A stretch of 64,000 bases of DNA, taken from the NCBI GenBank assembly GCA_019752815.1, contig JAIELQ010000014.1:1035-65034 (forward strand), written 5' to 3'. Position numbers and translations under genes: made by a program. Every line of letters starts with the position of its first letter. Position 1 is the stretch's first letter. This document shows positions 17,908 through 27,276 of this stretch, piece by piece. The stretch is from Patescibacteria group bacterium (GTDB taxonomy: Bacteria > Patescibacteriota > Minisyncoccia > Phycocordibacterales > UBA918). The notes beneath the pieces are model-generated. The model was not told the origin of the DNA. It searched no databases and saw only the letters and a program-made list of their open reading frames with translations.

Positions 17908-18499
17908 TGCGGGCTTGTAAGTGATCGAAATAGTCTTGGAAATATTTAGTTAGTAAGTGCAATATTGCATGATGAACACTTTCCACAACAGTGTAATTCC
18001 CCGGTTCAGTTTTAATGACAATTTTCGCGTCAGCGAGTTCATTTAATTTGCCACCATCAAACCCTGATAAGCCAATGACTGGAACGTGACGTGATTTTGC
18101 AAGTTCTACAGCCTTGATAATGTTAGGTGATTTGCCAGAACTGCTAATCGCGATAATGCAGTCAGCTTCTTGGAGGTAGTTCTGAAGCGGTCCGGCAAAC
18201 ACCATATCAAAACCAATATCATTGGCCCAGGCTGACATTTCCTCTTCAGTAGACGGGAGTCTGATGGCTTGGAAACGACGAGTATGGCCTTCGAGGTTAT
18301 GACTAAAAACAGTTTTGTTAAAGTCACTTACCCAGTGTGTAGCAATCGCGAGTGAGCCTCCGTTACCAAAAATGTAAATTCTGCCATCACGTTCATACAC
18401 CGATTGAAGTATGTGTGTAGCTTTGGCAATTTCGTCAGCTGGAGCGTTTTTGAGGTGGACACAAACATCCTCCATAAAGTCTTCGATAAATTTATGCAT
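17888..18499 (-). CDS. gmhA: phosphoheptose isomerase (SIS domain)
   Basis: GRIYIFGNGGSLAIATHWVSDF...AISSSGKSPNII. Start chosen at MHKFIEDF, where ATGCATAA overlaps the hddA stop by 8 nt; the track ORF extends to 18556. Confidence 0.75.
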   Translation of the reverse strand: MHKFIEDFMEDVCVHLKNAPADEIAKATHILQSVYERDGRIYIFGNGGSLAIATHWVSDFNKTVFSHNLEGHTRRFQAIRLPSTEEEMSAWANDIGFDMVFAGPLQNYLQEADCIIAISSSGKSPNIIKAVELAKSRHVPVIGLSGFDGGKLNELADAKIVIKTEPGNYTVVESVHHAILHLLTKYFQDYFDHLQARNEKRQG

Positions 18500-19508
18500 G
18501 GTGTGAAAGTGAGTTAAATAATACATCTGCTCCAGATTGTGAGAAATCAAAATCAATTTTTTTGAATCCTTCCAAACCTAGTTTTGCTGAACGTTCGCGC
18601 AAGCCTGCTCCAATAGCAGCATGTTTTTCCGGTGGGGCAATAAAGAATAAGCAACCACCACCTCCGGCACCAAGCACCTTGCCACCCCAGGCACCTAAGT
18701 TGCGAGCCTCGGTGTACAGTTCGTCGATAGCTCCTGTTGAAATACCACCTGAGAGACTTTTTTTCCGCTCCCAACCTTCATGTAGCATTTCAGCCATACC
18801 CTTCATGTCACCGGCTACTAATTTATCTCGAAATACGAGTACCGAGTCAGACATTTGTTTGTAGGTTTCAAATTTATCGGCCATGGTTAATTTTTGTTCG
18901 CCTAATACCGCACTCGCAGAACGAGTAATGCCAGTAAAAAAGAGTACGACATGATCTTCTAAATCTGCACGTACTTTGTAATCAATAAAAATCGGATCAA
19001 CATCAACAGTTCCGTCAGGATTGAATTGAAATACGTTAAATCCACCGTACGCGGCCGCATATTGGTCTTGTTTACCAATTGGTTCTTTCAGAATATCTAT
19101 TTCAATTTCACACGCAAGCTTAGCTGCTTGTTCTTTACTCACGGGTATTTTATGGTGAGCATTAATGGCTTTAAGGAGAGCAACGGTAAAGCTAGACGAT
19201 GAACCCAATCCTGTATTGCCAGGCAAATCCGCAAACGAAGCAATCTCAAGTCCCGGCTCCACGACGTTTAAGTGCAGCATAGTCTCACGGAATCGTGTAT
19301 GTTTAAATTCCGAAGGATGTTTCGCTTGTTCTGTCTCTAGGTACTTTATGACAAAGGTATCAAGAAGTCGTCCGTAGTTAATAACGGTATACACATGTTT
19401 ATCAATGGTGGATGAAATGACACGTCCAGGGTATTTTTCATAAAAATCCTTGATATCAGTTCCTCCTCCTACAAAACTAATCCTAAGCGGTGCGCGGGTA
19501 ATTATCAT
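18492..19508 (-). CDS. hddA: D-glycero-D-manno-heptose 7-phosphate kinase (GHMP kinase)
   Basis: RAPLRISFVGGGTD N-terminus and GHMP motif LPGNTGLGSSSSFTVAL. Confidence 0.75.
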   Translation of the reverse strand: MIITRAPLRISFVGGGTDIKDFYEKYPGRVISSTIDKHVYTVINYGRLLDTFVIKYLETEQAKHPSEFKHTRFRETMLHLNVVEPGLEIASFADLPGNTGLGSSSSFTVALLKAINAHHKIPVSKEQAAKLACEIEIDILKEPIGKQDQYAAAYGGFNVFQFNPDGTVDVDPIFIDYKVRADLEDHVVLFFTGITRSASAVLGEQKLTMADKFETYKQMSDSVLVFRDKLVAGDMKGMAEMLHEGWERKKSLSGGISTGAIDELYTEARNLGAWGGKVLGAGGGGCLFFIAPPEKHAAIGAGLRERSAKLGLEGFKKIDFDFSQSGADVLFNSLSHHA

Positions 19509-19509
19509 A

Positions 19510-20280
19510 TTATTGTTTATTATTAGTACAAACAGCCACCATAAACCGGGATCGTTCGAGCCAGGCTGGATCGTCTTTCAAAATAATGTCAGACATCTCA
19601 AGTTCTGGTTTAATCCAGTTAATAATTTTAAGCTTGACGGTATTGTTTATTTTGTAGGGAATAATCCACTTAAAGGTAAAAAGTATTGGATTTACAATTC
19701 TCCAAATGAAATGGTCGTTGTAAACCGGAGTACGCTGTCCAAAGAGACTATCAACTATAAAGTACTCATTTAGTGCAGAGCGAAATTCAGGAATCGTCAT
19801 CTCAAATACGTGATGAGGATTAATTGGTTTTTTAGTACCAGGCGAATAGAGTGTTTTATTAGGTGTAGAGAGATACACTTTGCCGTTTGGTTTTAGTACT
19901 CGTTTAATTTCAGACAAAAATTTTCGCCAATCTGTTAGGTGTTCAAATACTTCAAAAGCAACCACTACATCAAATGTGCTATCTGCAAACGGAATATTCA
20001 TGGAATCACCAATTGAGAATTCAATATTTGGTTCTTGCCAATGTGCTTTAGCGTAATCAATAGCTTCAGTAGCCACGTCAACACCATGCACCTTTTTAAA
20101 TTTTTTAGATAATGTGTTACTGCCGTGTCCACTACCGCATCCAATATCAAGTACAACATGTTCCGTGTTGCCGGTGACAAATTCATACCGAATGATGTGC
20201 TCAAGCAAATTGTTTTTAGCTAAGGCGCTTTTACTGTCGAGACGTTCGCCCCCAAAACGGTTTGTATTAGTTGTTGTCAT
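19510..20280 (-). CDS. class I SAM-dependent methyltransferase
   Basis: VLDIGCGSGHGS...FDVVVAFEVFEHL. Confidence 0.7.
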   Translation of the reverse strand: MTTTNTNRFGGERLDSKSALAKNNLLEHIIRYEFVTGNTEHVVLDIGCGSGHGSNTLSKKFKKVHGVDVATEAIDYAKAHWQEPNIEFSIGDSMNIPFADSTFDVVVAFEVFEHLTDWRKFLSEIKRVLKPNGKVYLSTPNKTLYSPGTKKPINPHHVFEMTIPEFRSALNEYFIVDSLFGQRTPVYNDHFIWRIVNPILFTFKWIIPYKINNTVKLKIINWIKPELEMSDIILKDDPAWLERSRFMVAVCTNNKQ

Positions 20281-21022
20281 TGTTTTTAGTTTTAAAATTC
20301 ATTTGTTTGGGCAATGATTGAGCTTTAGTGTAGTTTTCGAGGTTGCCAATGTCAAGCAAAGTCTCGTCCATTTGGTACACCTGCAATACATCACCATTTT
20401 TTAGCAAAAAAGGGAAGACATGATGTCCAAAATCCAGTACATCATGATTAAGTTCGGATATGGTATGGAGAATACTTGGATCTACCACGTAAATGCCAGC
20501 ATTTGCGTAGTTGCTCGTAATTTGGTGAGGTTGTGGTTTTTCTATAAAGTTGCTAATAACAAATTCGTCATTGTGCTCGATGATGCCTTTCTGCTCAGGG
20601 TGGTGTTCATAGTAGCTTGCAATTGTTACTTTGGCATTCGATTGCTTGTGATGGTCAATCAATTTTTGGTAATCGATATCGGTGAGATTGTCACTGTAGA
20701 TTACTAAAAATGGTTCATCATCACCCAGCCATGACTGGTTCGCACGAATCGTGCCAGCGCTCCCTAATAGCTCTGGCTCATATATAGTACTAATCGACAA
20801 TCTCTTTGGTTGCTGTGATAAATATTCCGCCACAAATTCCTCCATTTGTTGAGAGAGGTAATGAGTGTTAATTCGAACTTCTGTGATGCCATGCTGAAAT
20901 AAATGGTCGAGATGATATGCAAGGAGCGGCTTACCGGCAACGGGTACCAACGGCTTAGGAGTAGTTTCTGTTAATGGCCTGAGACGAGTTCCAAGTCCAG
21001 CGGCGAGAATGAAAGCTTTCAT
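20267..21022 (-). CDS. sugar-phosphate nucleotidyltransferase (HddC-like heptose-1-P guanylyltransferase candidate)
   Basis: MKAFILAAGLGTRLRPLTETTPKPLVPVAGKPLL (NTP_transferase signature), located inside the gmhA/hddA/gmhB cluster. Confidence 0.65.
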   Translation of the reverse strand: MKAFILAAGLGTRLRPLTETTPKPLVPVAGKPLLAYHLDHLFQHGITEVRINTHYLSQQMEEFVAEYLSQQPKRLSISTIYEPELLGSAGTIRANQSWLGDDEPFLVIYSDNLTDIDYQKLIDHHKQSNAKVTIASYYEHHPEQKGIIEHNDEFVISNFIEKPQPHQITSNYANAGIYVVDPSILHTISELNHDVLDFGHHVFPFLLKNGDVLQVYQMDETLLDIGNLENYTKAQSLPKQMNFKTKNNDNN

Positions 21023-21024
21023 AG

Positions 21025-22002
21025 TTATCTTTTAAGTGACCTGTAGGCAGTTGCGATGATATCTTCAATATTGGTATATTGTGGTTTCCATGAAAGCTCA
21101 TTCATGGCTCCCGTGGCGTCAGCAATGAGGCGAGACGGGTCGCCAGGACGACGGTCTTTTTCAATATAGGTCAGTTTTGTACCAGTAATTTTTTCTGCCG
21201 TATCAATTAACTCTCTGACAGAGAAGCCTTTGTTAATACCAAGATTGTATTGTGTACATACTAGATCAGTATCTAATTTAGTAAGTGCACAAATATGGGC
21301 TTGGGCTAAATCAACTACATGAATGTAATCGCGAATACCGGTCCCGTCTGGAGTAGGGTAGTCGGTGCCAAATATTGAAAATGTCTCTCTCCGGCCGAGT
21401 ATTGTTTCAAGCATAGAGGGTATAACGTGAGTTTCAGGTGAATGATACTCTCCTAATTCACCATCAGGATCTGCTCCAGCAGCACAAAAATAGCGAAACG
21501 AAATTGAGGAAATGCTATATGCCGTAAAATACTCTTTGAGCATTTCTTCGGTTACTAGTTTTGTGCGGCCGTAGGGATTAGTGGGGTTTTTAGGATGGTC
21601 CTCTAAAATAATCTCACTTTGTGGCTCTCCGTAGACTGAGGCAGAGGATGAGAAAATAATTTTAGTACAGCCACTTACGCGCATTGCTTCGAGAATGTTG
21701 TAGCTACCCATTACATTAGTTTGGTAGTATTTTGCAGGATTCGTAACTGAATCAGGTACGTTAGCGATAGCCGCAAAATGAAACACGGTGTCAGGGGCGA
21801 GTTTTAGAAATAGCCTGGTCAGTTTTTCAGCATCACAAATATCAAGTTCGTGATACTCCACATTTGATCGAGTGAGGATATTGTTTCGTGATTGCGAAAA
21901 GTTATCAATGACATGAATCATGGTATCAGGCTGATCTGCAAGCAGTTTAACTAGGTGCGCACCAATAAAACCTGCTCCTCCCGTGACGATTATTTTTTTC
22001 AT
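21025..22002 (-). CDS. UDP-glucose 4-epimerase-like NAD-dependent epimerase
   Basis: KIIVTGGAGFIGAHL, YGRTKLVTEE (YxxxK). 325 aa. Confidence 0.8.
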   Translation of the reverse strand: MKKIIVTGGAGFIGAHLVKLLADQPDTMIHVIDNFSQSRNNILTRSNVEYHELDICDAEKLTRLFLKLAPDTVFHFAAIANVPDSVTNPAKYYQTNVMGSYNILEAMRVSGCTKIIFSSSASVYGEPQSEIILEDHPKNPTNPYGRTKLVTEEMLKEYFTAYSISSISFRYFCAAGADPDGELGEYHSPETHVIPSMLETILGRRETFSIFGTDYPTPDGTGIRDYIHVVDLAQAHICALTKLDTDLVCTQYNLGINKGFSVRELIDTAEKITGTKLTYIEKDRRPGDPSRLIADATGAMNELSWKPQYTNIEDIIATAYRSLKR

Positions 22003-22973
22003 TTTTTTATTTTTTTGATTAGGTTTTTGATGCCTTTTGGAATGTAACGATTTACAACATAAATTAGTCGTTGATGACGGTGATAATATTTTTGAATCCA
22101 GTTACGCTTATCAGGGATGTCATTTGGCCAAACATAGTCCCAGATATCAAGCCAATACAGGTTGTCAGCTGAGTACGTAGCAATGAATTCGAGGGCCTTA
22201 CTCACATGCCATTGTGAGCTATCGGCTTTGATACTATATGAAGGATAACCGACTAGCCAATTTTTTGGGGTGTCAGCAAGCCTAAGTCCGACCTCATCTT
22301 TATACTCGTAGTATTTGTTGTTTAATATAAACGATTTAAGAAATATGGGTTGCGTATAGTGTCCAAATTCAAGCAGTTTTGCCCAGCGTTGTTTGCGAAG
22401 GATGCGTTCAAAGTCGACAAATTGGTAGTGTAAAACTTTAATGTGAGGAATACTTATAGCTTTAAATACTAAGCTTTCAGGAATAATCGACAAGTGCGCA
22501 AAGCCCGGTTCAAAATTTACTTTACGGTCGTCAATAAACGCAAATGGTCGGTCAAAATCAGTCCATACCGAACCCTTATCATTACGATATTTGTCCTCAC
22601 TTCTCCATAGTTGCACCCACTGAAACGAAAACGCCGTCCCCGGTTCTTTGTCTTTCACCATTTCGTCAAAAACAAGCGGGTCTAATATATTGGCTGAAAA
22701 AATTTCATCAGCAGCTAAGTGGGCAATAAAGTTATAGCCTTCAATTTTTCGAGCCGCATCAAGAAGGATTTGACGTCTATTACCCTCGTCATATGTCTTA
22801 GCCTCGTTCTGGAAGTATGTAACTTTTGGAAACTTTTTATAAATATTAGGTGTATCATCGGTGCTCTTTTCGTCGGCAATAATGATGTGATCAAAAAATA
22901 GACTGGCACACGTTAGTGTGTGTTCAAGAATCCATTCTTCGTTCTTGATAGGGATAATTAATATTTTTTTCAT
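21999..22973 (-). CDS. glycosyltransferase family 2-like (Glyco_tranf_2_4-type)
   Basis: IIPIKNEEWILEHTL...DHIIIADEKSTDDT. 4-nt ATGA overlap with the downstream epimerase. Confidence 0.5.
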   Translation of the reverse strand: MKKILIIPIKNEEWILEHTLTCASLFFDHIIIADEKSTDDTPNIYKKFPKVTYFQNEAKTYDEGNRRQILLDAARKIEGYNFIAHLAADEIFSANILDPLVFDEMVKDKEPGTAFSFQWVQLWRSEDKYRNDKGSVWTDFDRPFAFIDDRKVNFEPGFAHLSIIPESLVFKAISIPHIKVLHYQFVDFERILRKQRWAKLLEFGHYTQPIFLKSFILNNKYYEYKDEVGLRLADTPKNWLVGYPSYSIKADSSQWHVSKALEFIATYSADNLYWLDIWDYVWPNDIPDKRNWIQKYYHRHQRLIYVVNRYIPKGIKNLIKKIKK

Positions 22974-23029
22974 AAAAGAGATGTGAGTTGAAATAATGGC
23001 AATTAATGTAGCGTAATTTTACTATAAAA

Positions 23030-24310
23030 TCAGCTTATTTTCCGAGTGTTCAATTTTTGCCTAATAGAACTATAGAAAAACGGAATAATTGGTGCGACTG
23101 AATAGGATATGACAGTAGCCCAAGCCGCTCCCGCTCCACCATATTCTGGAATCCATAATAGGTTTAAAATAACATTTAAGACCATAGGTAGAAAGCCAAC
23201 CATGATTTGAATGCGGCGTTTGTTTTCGGTAGCTAGTATGTTACTGATTAAAAAACCAGCTACTACACCGAATAATGACCATACATAAATTTGCACTAAT
23301 GGAATACTGGCAGTGAAGGCCTCACCATAGATTATGGGAATCAACATTGGAGCAAGCAACGTAGTTGCGAGTGAGGCAGTGAGACTGTATCCGCCAATGA
23401 GAACGGTCAGTGCAAGTATCCGTTTACCGTAGTTATTGTCTGCCGCATGGGCGTTTACTAAAGCGGGCAAGAGTGATGCTAGTAATATCATTGGGAGGAC
23501 TTGCCAAATTTCAGTTAGCTGGACGGCAACGCTGTAGTAACCAACAGCAGCGGTATCAAGAAAATGTTTCAAGAGCACCTGATCGATGCGTCCACTTATA
23601 ACAATCGACATTGAGATAAACACAAACGGAATAGAATCGAGTGCTAACCTTTTTGCGTAACTGAGATCAACATACCATTCTCGAATTGAAATGCCGGTAT
23701 ATTTTGTATACATATATACTGTAATAGTGGCAGTGAGCATTTGTTCTAAGAGCATAATACCAGCCAGTACTAAAACTCCTTGGTTTTGAGTCATGGCGAT
23801 TATTTTCATAATACTGATAGTGATATGGACAACTAACTGCATGACAGAAAGATACTTCGTGTCTGCTTTGGCGTAAAAAATATTTTGTGCAACAGTAAAT
23901 GATGAGAGAATTTGGGCAAGACATAATAATCCCACCACAAAAAATGTGATGTCATTGTGTGGAAGATAAAATGTGAGACCAAATACACCTACTATCGTCA
24001 CAAGTGTTCCCAGAACCATGAGTACCCAACCTGTACCTAAAATACTTCGTTGGTTTACTTCTTCTCGTACTAAGTCTCGTACTACTACCGTTGCACTCGC
24101 TATCGCACTAAAAAAGGCGAGTAAGTTTACGATACTGACAGCGTAGCTAAGTTCACCTAAATTTTGGGGTCCTAACGTACGGGCAATATAAAAAGTTGCT
24201 GCCAAAGAGACTATGATGCTGAGAAATTTTGAAATTGTTATCCAGAGTGCTCCCTTTAGATAGCGTTTAGGACTTTTTGCACCCAGGGCAGTGAGGAGTT
24301 TGGTTACCAT
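23030..24310 (-). CDS. polysaccharide flippase (Wzx/MOP superfamily), about 12 TM helices
   Basis: 426 aa, fully hydrophobic multi-helix profile. First gene of the - strand operon, which runs on to the GT-D-like gene. TATACT lies 11 nt upstream of the start on the - strand. Confidence 0.65.
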   Translation of the reverse strand: MVTKLLTALGAKSPKRYLKGALWITISKFLSIIVSLAATFYIARTLGPQNLGELSYAVSIVNLLAFFSAIASATVVVRDLVREEVNQRSILGTGWVLMVLGTLVTIVGVFGLTFYLPHNDITFFVVGLLCLAQILSSFTVAQNIFYAKADTKYLSVMQLVVHITISIMKIIAMTQNQGVLVLAGIMLLEQMLTATITVYMYTKYTGISIREWYVDLSYAKRLALDSIPFVFISMSIVISGRIDQVLLKHFLDTAAVGYYSVAVQLTEIWQVLPMILLASLLPALVNAHAADNNYGKRILALTVLIGGYSLTASLATTLLAPMLIPIIYGEAFTASIPLVQIYVWSLFGVVAGFLISNILATENKRRIQIMVGFLPMVLNVILNLLWIPEYGGAGAAWATVISYSVAPIIPFFYSSIRQKLNTRKIS

Positions 24311-24423
24311 ATGTAATGTGAAGTATAACCTATGTATTAAAGCTGAAGTTACATTTTATAGCTAAGAAACTAAAAGCGCCGCGATTTGTAGATTTTACTT
24401 TTTACCGCTACTATTGCCAGTAT

Positions 24424-25332
24424 ATGAAATTATTCCGGACCGTGGCTGAAGTGATTTTTATCCTAATTCATCCAATTTTTAAACCAGAGTGGGTGCAGTT
24501 ATTTTTGCGACGATTTATTGCATTGCCATATAGTATGGTCAAGTTTTTGGATTACCAAGGAGTAGTACCGTTTGTGGTAAATGGTAAAGAGTTATTTATG
24601 CGGTCGTACAATACCCCCATTGAGATCACAGTGTTTTGGCGGGGAATATTTAACGGTCGCGAAGGGATGGAACTTTCGGTGTGGTCAGACTTATCAAAGA
24701 GTGCAACAACGGCGATTGATATCGGGGCCAATAACGGTATTTATGCGTTGGTATCAAGTGCGTATCCGAATATAAAAATCCATGCGTTTGAACCAGTGCC
24801 AAATGTTTTTGACATGTTGCTTGAGAACAGATTTTTAAATCCTACCAGTAACATCATGCCGCATCAGATGGTGGTGAGTAATCAAAATGGAACGCAAACA
24901 TTGTATGTTCCAAAAGTGGGCTGGGTAGATGTAGCATCACTCGACAAAGAATTTGCCAGTCGCTATACCGAAGGTCGGGAGCTGGTGCAGATTCAGTGTC
25001 GGGCAATCACTCTCGATACATTTTTAACACAAGAGGCCGTGACAGTGGGTGAGCGAGTGATTTGTAAAATTGATGTTGAAGGCGCCGAACCACTTATTTT
25101 GGCGGGAGCGAAAGAAGCCATCGAAAAATATAACGTAGCCTTTTTAATTGAAGCGCTCGATACGTCGGCTTTTGATGAGATTAAAAAGTTCTTCCCCAGT
25201 GACTATCAAATTTACGGTGTCGATAGTAAGTATAAAAAATTATTTAAGACACAAGTTTCATCTGATCGGGCCAATAACTATTTGTTTATCAAACAATTAC
25301 CAACTGAGTTGGTTGGGCATGTAGGGGAGTAG
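24424..25332 (+). CDS. FkbM-family SAM-dependent methyltransferase (second copy)
   Basis: AIDIGANNGIYAL...FEPVPNV...KIDVEGAEPLILAG. Divergent from the flippase operon. Confidence 0.7.
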   Translation: MKLFRTVAEVIFILIHPIFKPEWVQLFLRRFIALPYSMVKFLDYQGVVPFVVNGKELFMRSYNTPIEITVFWRGIFNGREGMELSVWSDLSKSATTAIDIGANNGIYALVSSAYPNIKIHAFEPVPNVFDMLLENRFLNPTSNIMPHQMVVSNQNGTQTLYVPKVGWVDVASLDKEFASRYTEGRELVQIQCRAITLDTFLTQEAVTVGERVICKIDVEGAEPLILAGAKEAIEKYNVAFLIEALDTSAFDEIKKFFPSDYQIYGVDSKYKKLFKTQVSSDRANNYLFIKQLPTELVGHVGE

Positions 25333-25379
25333 AGTATACGTGTATGCAAAAGTATGGCTCAAATTAAGCCTTGTTTTAC

Positions 25380-25408
25380 TTGATTTTTTAGATAAATTGT
25401 GCTATAGT
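25380..25408 (+). promoter_or_regulatory. sigma70-type promoter with extended -10
   Basis: TTGATT (25380-25385), 17-nt spacer, TGC-TATAGT (25400-25408). About 29-nt leader with purine-rich SD AGAAGAGAAG before ATG 25444. Confidence 0.5.
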
Positions 25409-25443
25409 TTTTTTAGTTTCCATTGGCTAGAAGAGAAGAAATA

Positions 25444-26103
25444 ATGGCTGATTATGGATTGGTTCCTTCGTATGAATTACCCCCTGAGTTCCAGTCAGTC
25501 TGGGACGAGATTACTACCTCCAACTTTTACCCACACCGGGCTGAAGCGGTAGTGATTTTTCCTGGACTGCTTAATCCTAATGTGCGTGACACATTTGAAA
25601 TGGTGTGGCTGGATGTTCTGATAAAATTTACGCACCGTTTCATCGCCGGTATTCATACGCCCCACGGGCAGGCAGAGATGAGCACCTTGAGCAAGGCCTC
25701 AGATTGGGCAATCTGGCAGGTTGAAGCCTGGAACACTCCTGATCAGGCGCGATGGACTATCGGGCAGTTGCAGCACGGAGGCATGAACTCTGTTGCGCTT
25801 TACGCACCGAAGTTTCATTTGCCGCGGGCGACGATGACGCTTATCAAAGCCGCTACGGATGCGGGCTGGCAGGGCAAGATCTATCCCCGTGGCTGGTATC
25901 CTGGCAAGGGCAAGCTGGTTCTGGCCGGTTTCGACAATCTGGCTACGCATGATGAACTCATTCCTGGTGAACAAGCCAGGTGGGTGAATTACACGACAAA
26001 GGGAGATGTTGCGACTCCTGAACAGTGGGCGACATTTCGGCCAGAATTACCGCGTAATTCAGTCTCTCGCATGTTTGCAGATTCGCACTGTGGTGATGGA
26101 TAG
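25444..26103 (+). CDS. hypothetical protein (no family recognised)
   Basis: The track starts at 25423; the ATG at 25444 follows the SD. Own promoter and own terminator. Higher GC than the neighbouring glycan genes. 219 aa. Confidence 0.5.
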   Translation: MADYGLVPSYELPPEFQSVWDEITTSNFYPHRAEAVVIFPGLLNPNVRDTFEMVWLDVLIKFTHRFIAGIHTPHGQAEMSTLSKASDWAIWQVEAWNTPDQARWTIGQLQHGGMNSVALYAPKFHLPRATMTLIKAATDAGWQGKIYPRGWYPGKGKLVLAGFDNLATHDELIPGEQARWVNYTTKGDVATPEQWATFRPELPRNSVSRMFADSHCGDG

Positions 26104-26150
26104 TTCATTATAAAACGAGTTCCAAACTTATTCTTAAAAATGCGACGCAA

Positions 26151-26178
26151 AAGCGCGACCCCTGGGCCGCGCTTTTTT
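26151..26178 (+). terminator. rho-independent terminator
   Basis: aagcgcg / cgcgctt stem with a 10-nt loop, followed by TTTTTT (26173-26178). Confidence 0.6.
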
Positions 26179-26220
26179 CTATTCGTTTCTTTTTTAGCGC
26201 GAGAGTTGTTGTATGTATAT

Positions 26221-27222
26221 ATGCAACCTCCGAAAAAAAAGATTGTGGTAATAGGCGGCGGTACGGGAACGTATACGTTACTGCGGGGGTTAAAAGCGTA
26301 CGCTCATGCGGTTGATATAACGGCGATTGTGACGATGGCTGATTCGGGTGGTTCAACCGGACGATTGCGGGATGAGTTTGGTGGTTTGCCTATGGGTGAT
26401 GCTCGGATGGCGCTGTGTGCACTGGCTGACGATGTTGATGCCGATGCCGACGTGCTGCGGGAATTATTTTTATATCGATTTGCTAAAGGGGAGGGTCTAT
26501 CCGGACATAATTTTGGAAATTTACTTTTGACGGCCTTGACTGAAATTGTAGGAGATACAAGTACGGCAATTGAAACCGCGGGAAAAATTTTACGAATTAA
26601 AGGGTCAGTGATTCCGGTGACGAGCGACAACGTACAGTTAGTGGCTACCTATACCAATGGTGTCGTAGTGACGGGAGAACATTATATTGATACACCTCCA
26701 GTTGAAATGCATGATTATCGGATTATTAATTTAGCGGTGACCCCCAAGGCTACGATTAATCCCAAAGCGGCGACTGCAATTACCGAGGCGGATATGGTAG
26801 TACTTGGTCCCGGAGATTTGTATACCAGCATTTTGGCGAACTGTGTGGTTGATGGGGTACAAGAGGCGGTGAGTGCAAGCAACGCAACGATGGTGTACGT
26901 GTGTAACTTGATGTCACGCAGTGGGCAAACAATTGGTATGCATAGTAGGGAGTATGTACATGAAATCGCACAATACGCCGGAGTGATGCCGCAGCATGTC
27001 ATTTATAATACAGCACCATTTTCGCCAACACTGCTCGCCTCATATTCACAGGAAGGCAACCATCAGGTTTTAAATAATATGGATTCGGATTTGTGTACCG
27101 TCCATGAGATAGATGTCGTGTCGACGCAGGCGTATGTAACCAAAGCGGGTGATACTGTCACGCGCAGTTTAATTCGGCATGACAGTGAAAAATTATCTCA
27201 GGCAATTATTAACTTATTGTAG
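26221..27222 (+). CDS. yvcK: YvcK/CofD-family gluconeogenesis factor-like protein (UDP-sugar binding)
   Basis: KKKIVVIGGGTGTYTLLRGLK...AIVTMADSGGSTGRLRDEFG (UPF0052 signature). The track ORF starts upstream, inside the terminator; the ATG at 26221 is preferred. Confidence 0.8.
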   Translation: MQPPKKKIVVIGGGTGTYTLLRGLKAYAHAVDITAIVTMADSGGSTGRLRDEFGGLPMGDARMALCALADDVDADADVLRELFLYRFAKGEGLSGHNFGNLLLTALTEIVGDTSTAIETAGKILRIKGSVIPVTSDNVQLVATYTNGVVVTGEHYIDTPPVEMHDYRIINLAVTPKATINPKAATAITEADMVVLGPGDLYTSILANCVVDGVQEAVSASNATMVYVCNLMSRSGQTIGMHSREYVHEIAQYAGVMPQHVIYNTAPFSPTLLASYSQEGNHQVLNNMDSDLCTVHEIDVVSTQAYVTKAGDTVTRSLIRHDSEKLSQAIINLL

Positions 27223-27276
27223 TTTATTAAGTTCGAGTATTTTTTACGCGCGTAAGTCGCGGTATACTAGTGTCAA

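Noticed and set aside
26140-26220. N-terminal extension of the yvcK ORF as given in the track
   Set aside because: The extension overlaps the upstream intrinsic terminator and is not part of the conserved YvcK N-terminus (KKKIVVIGGGTG). The ATG at 26221 is used instead.
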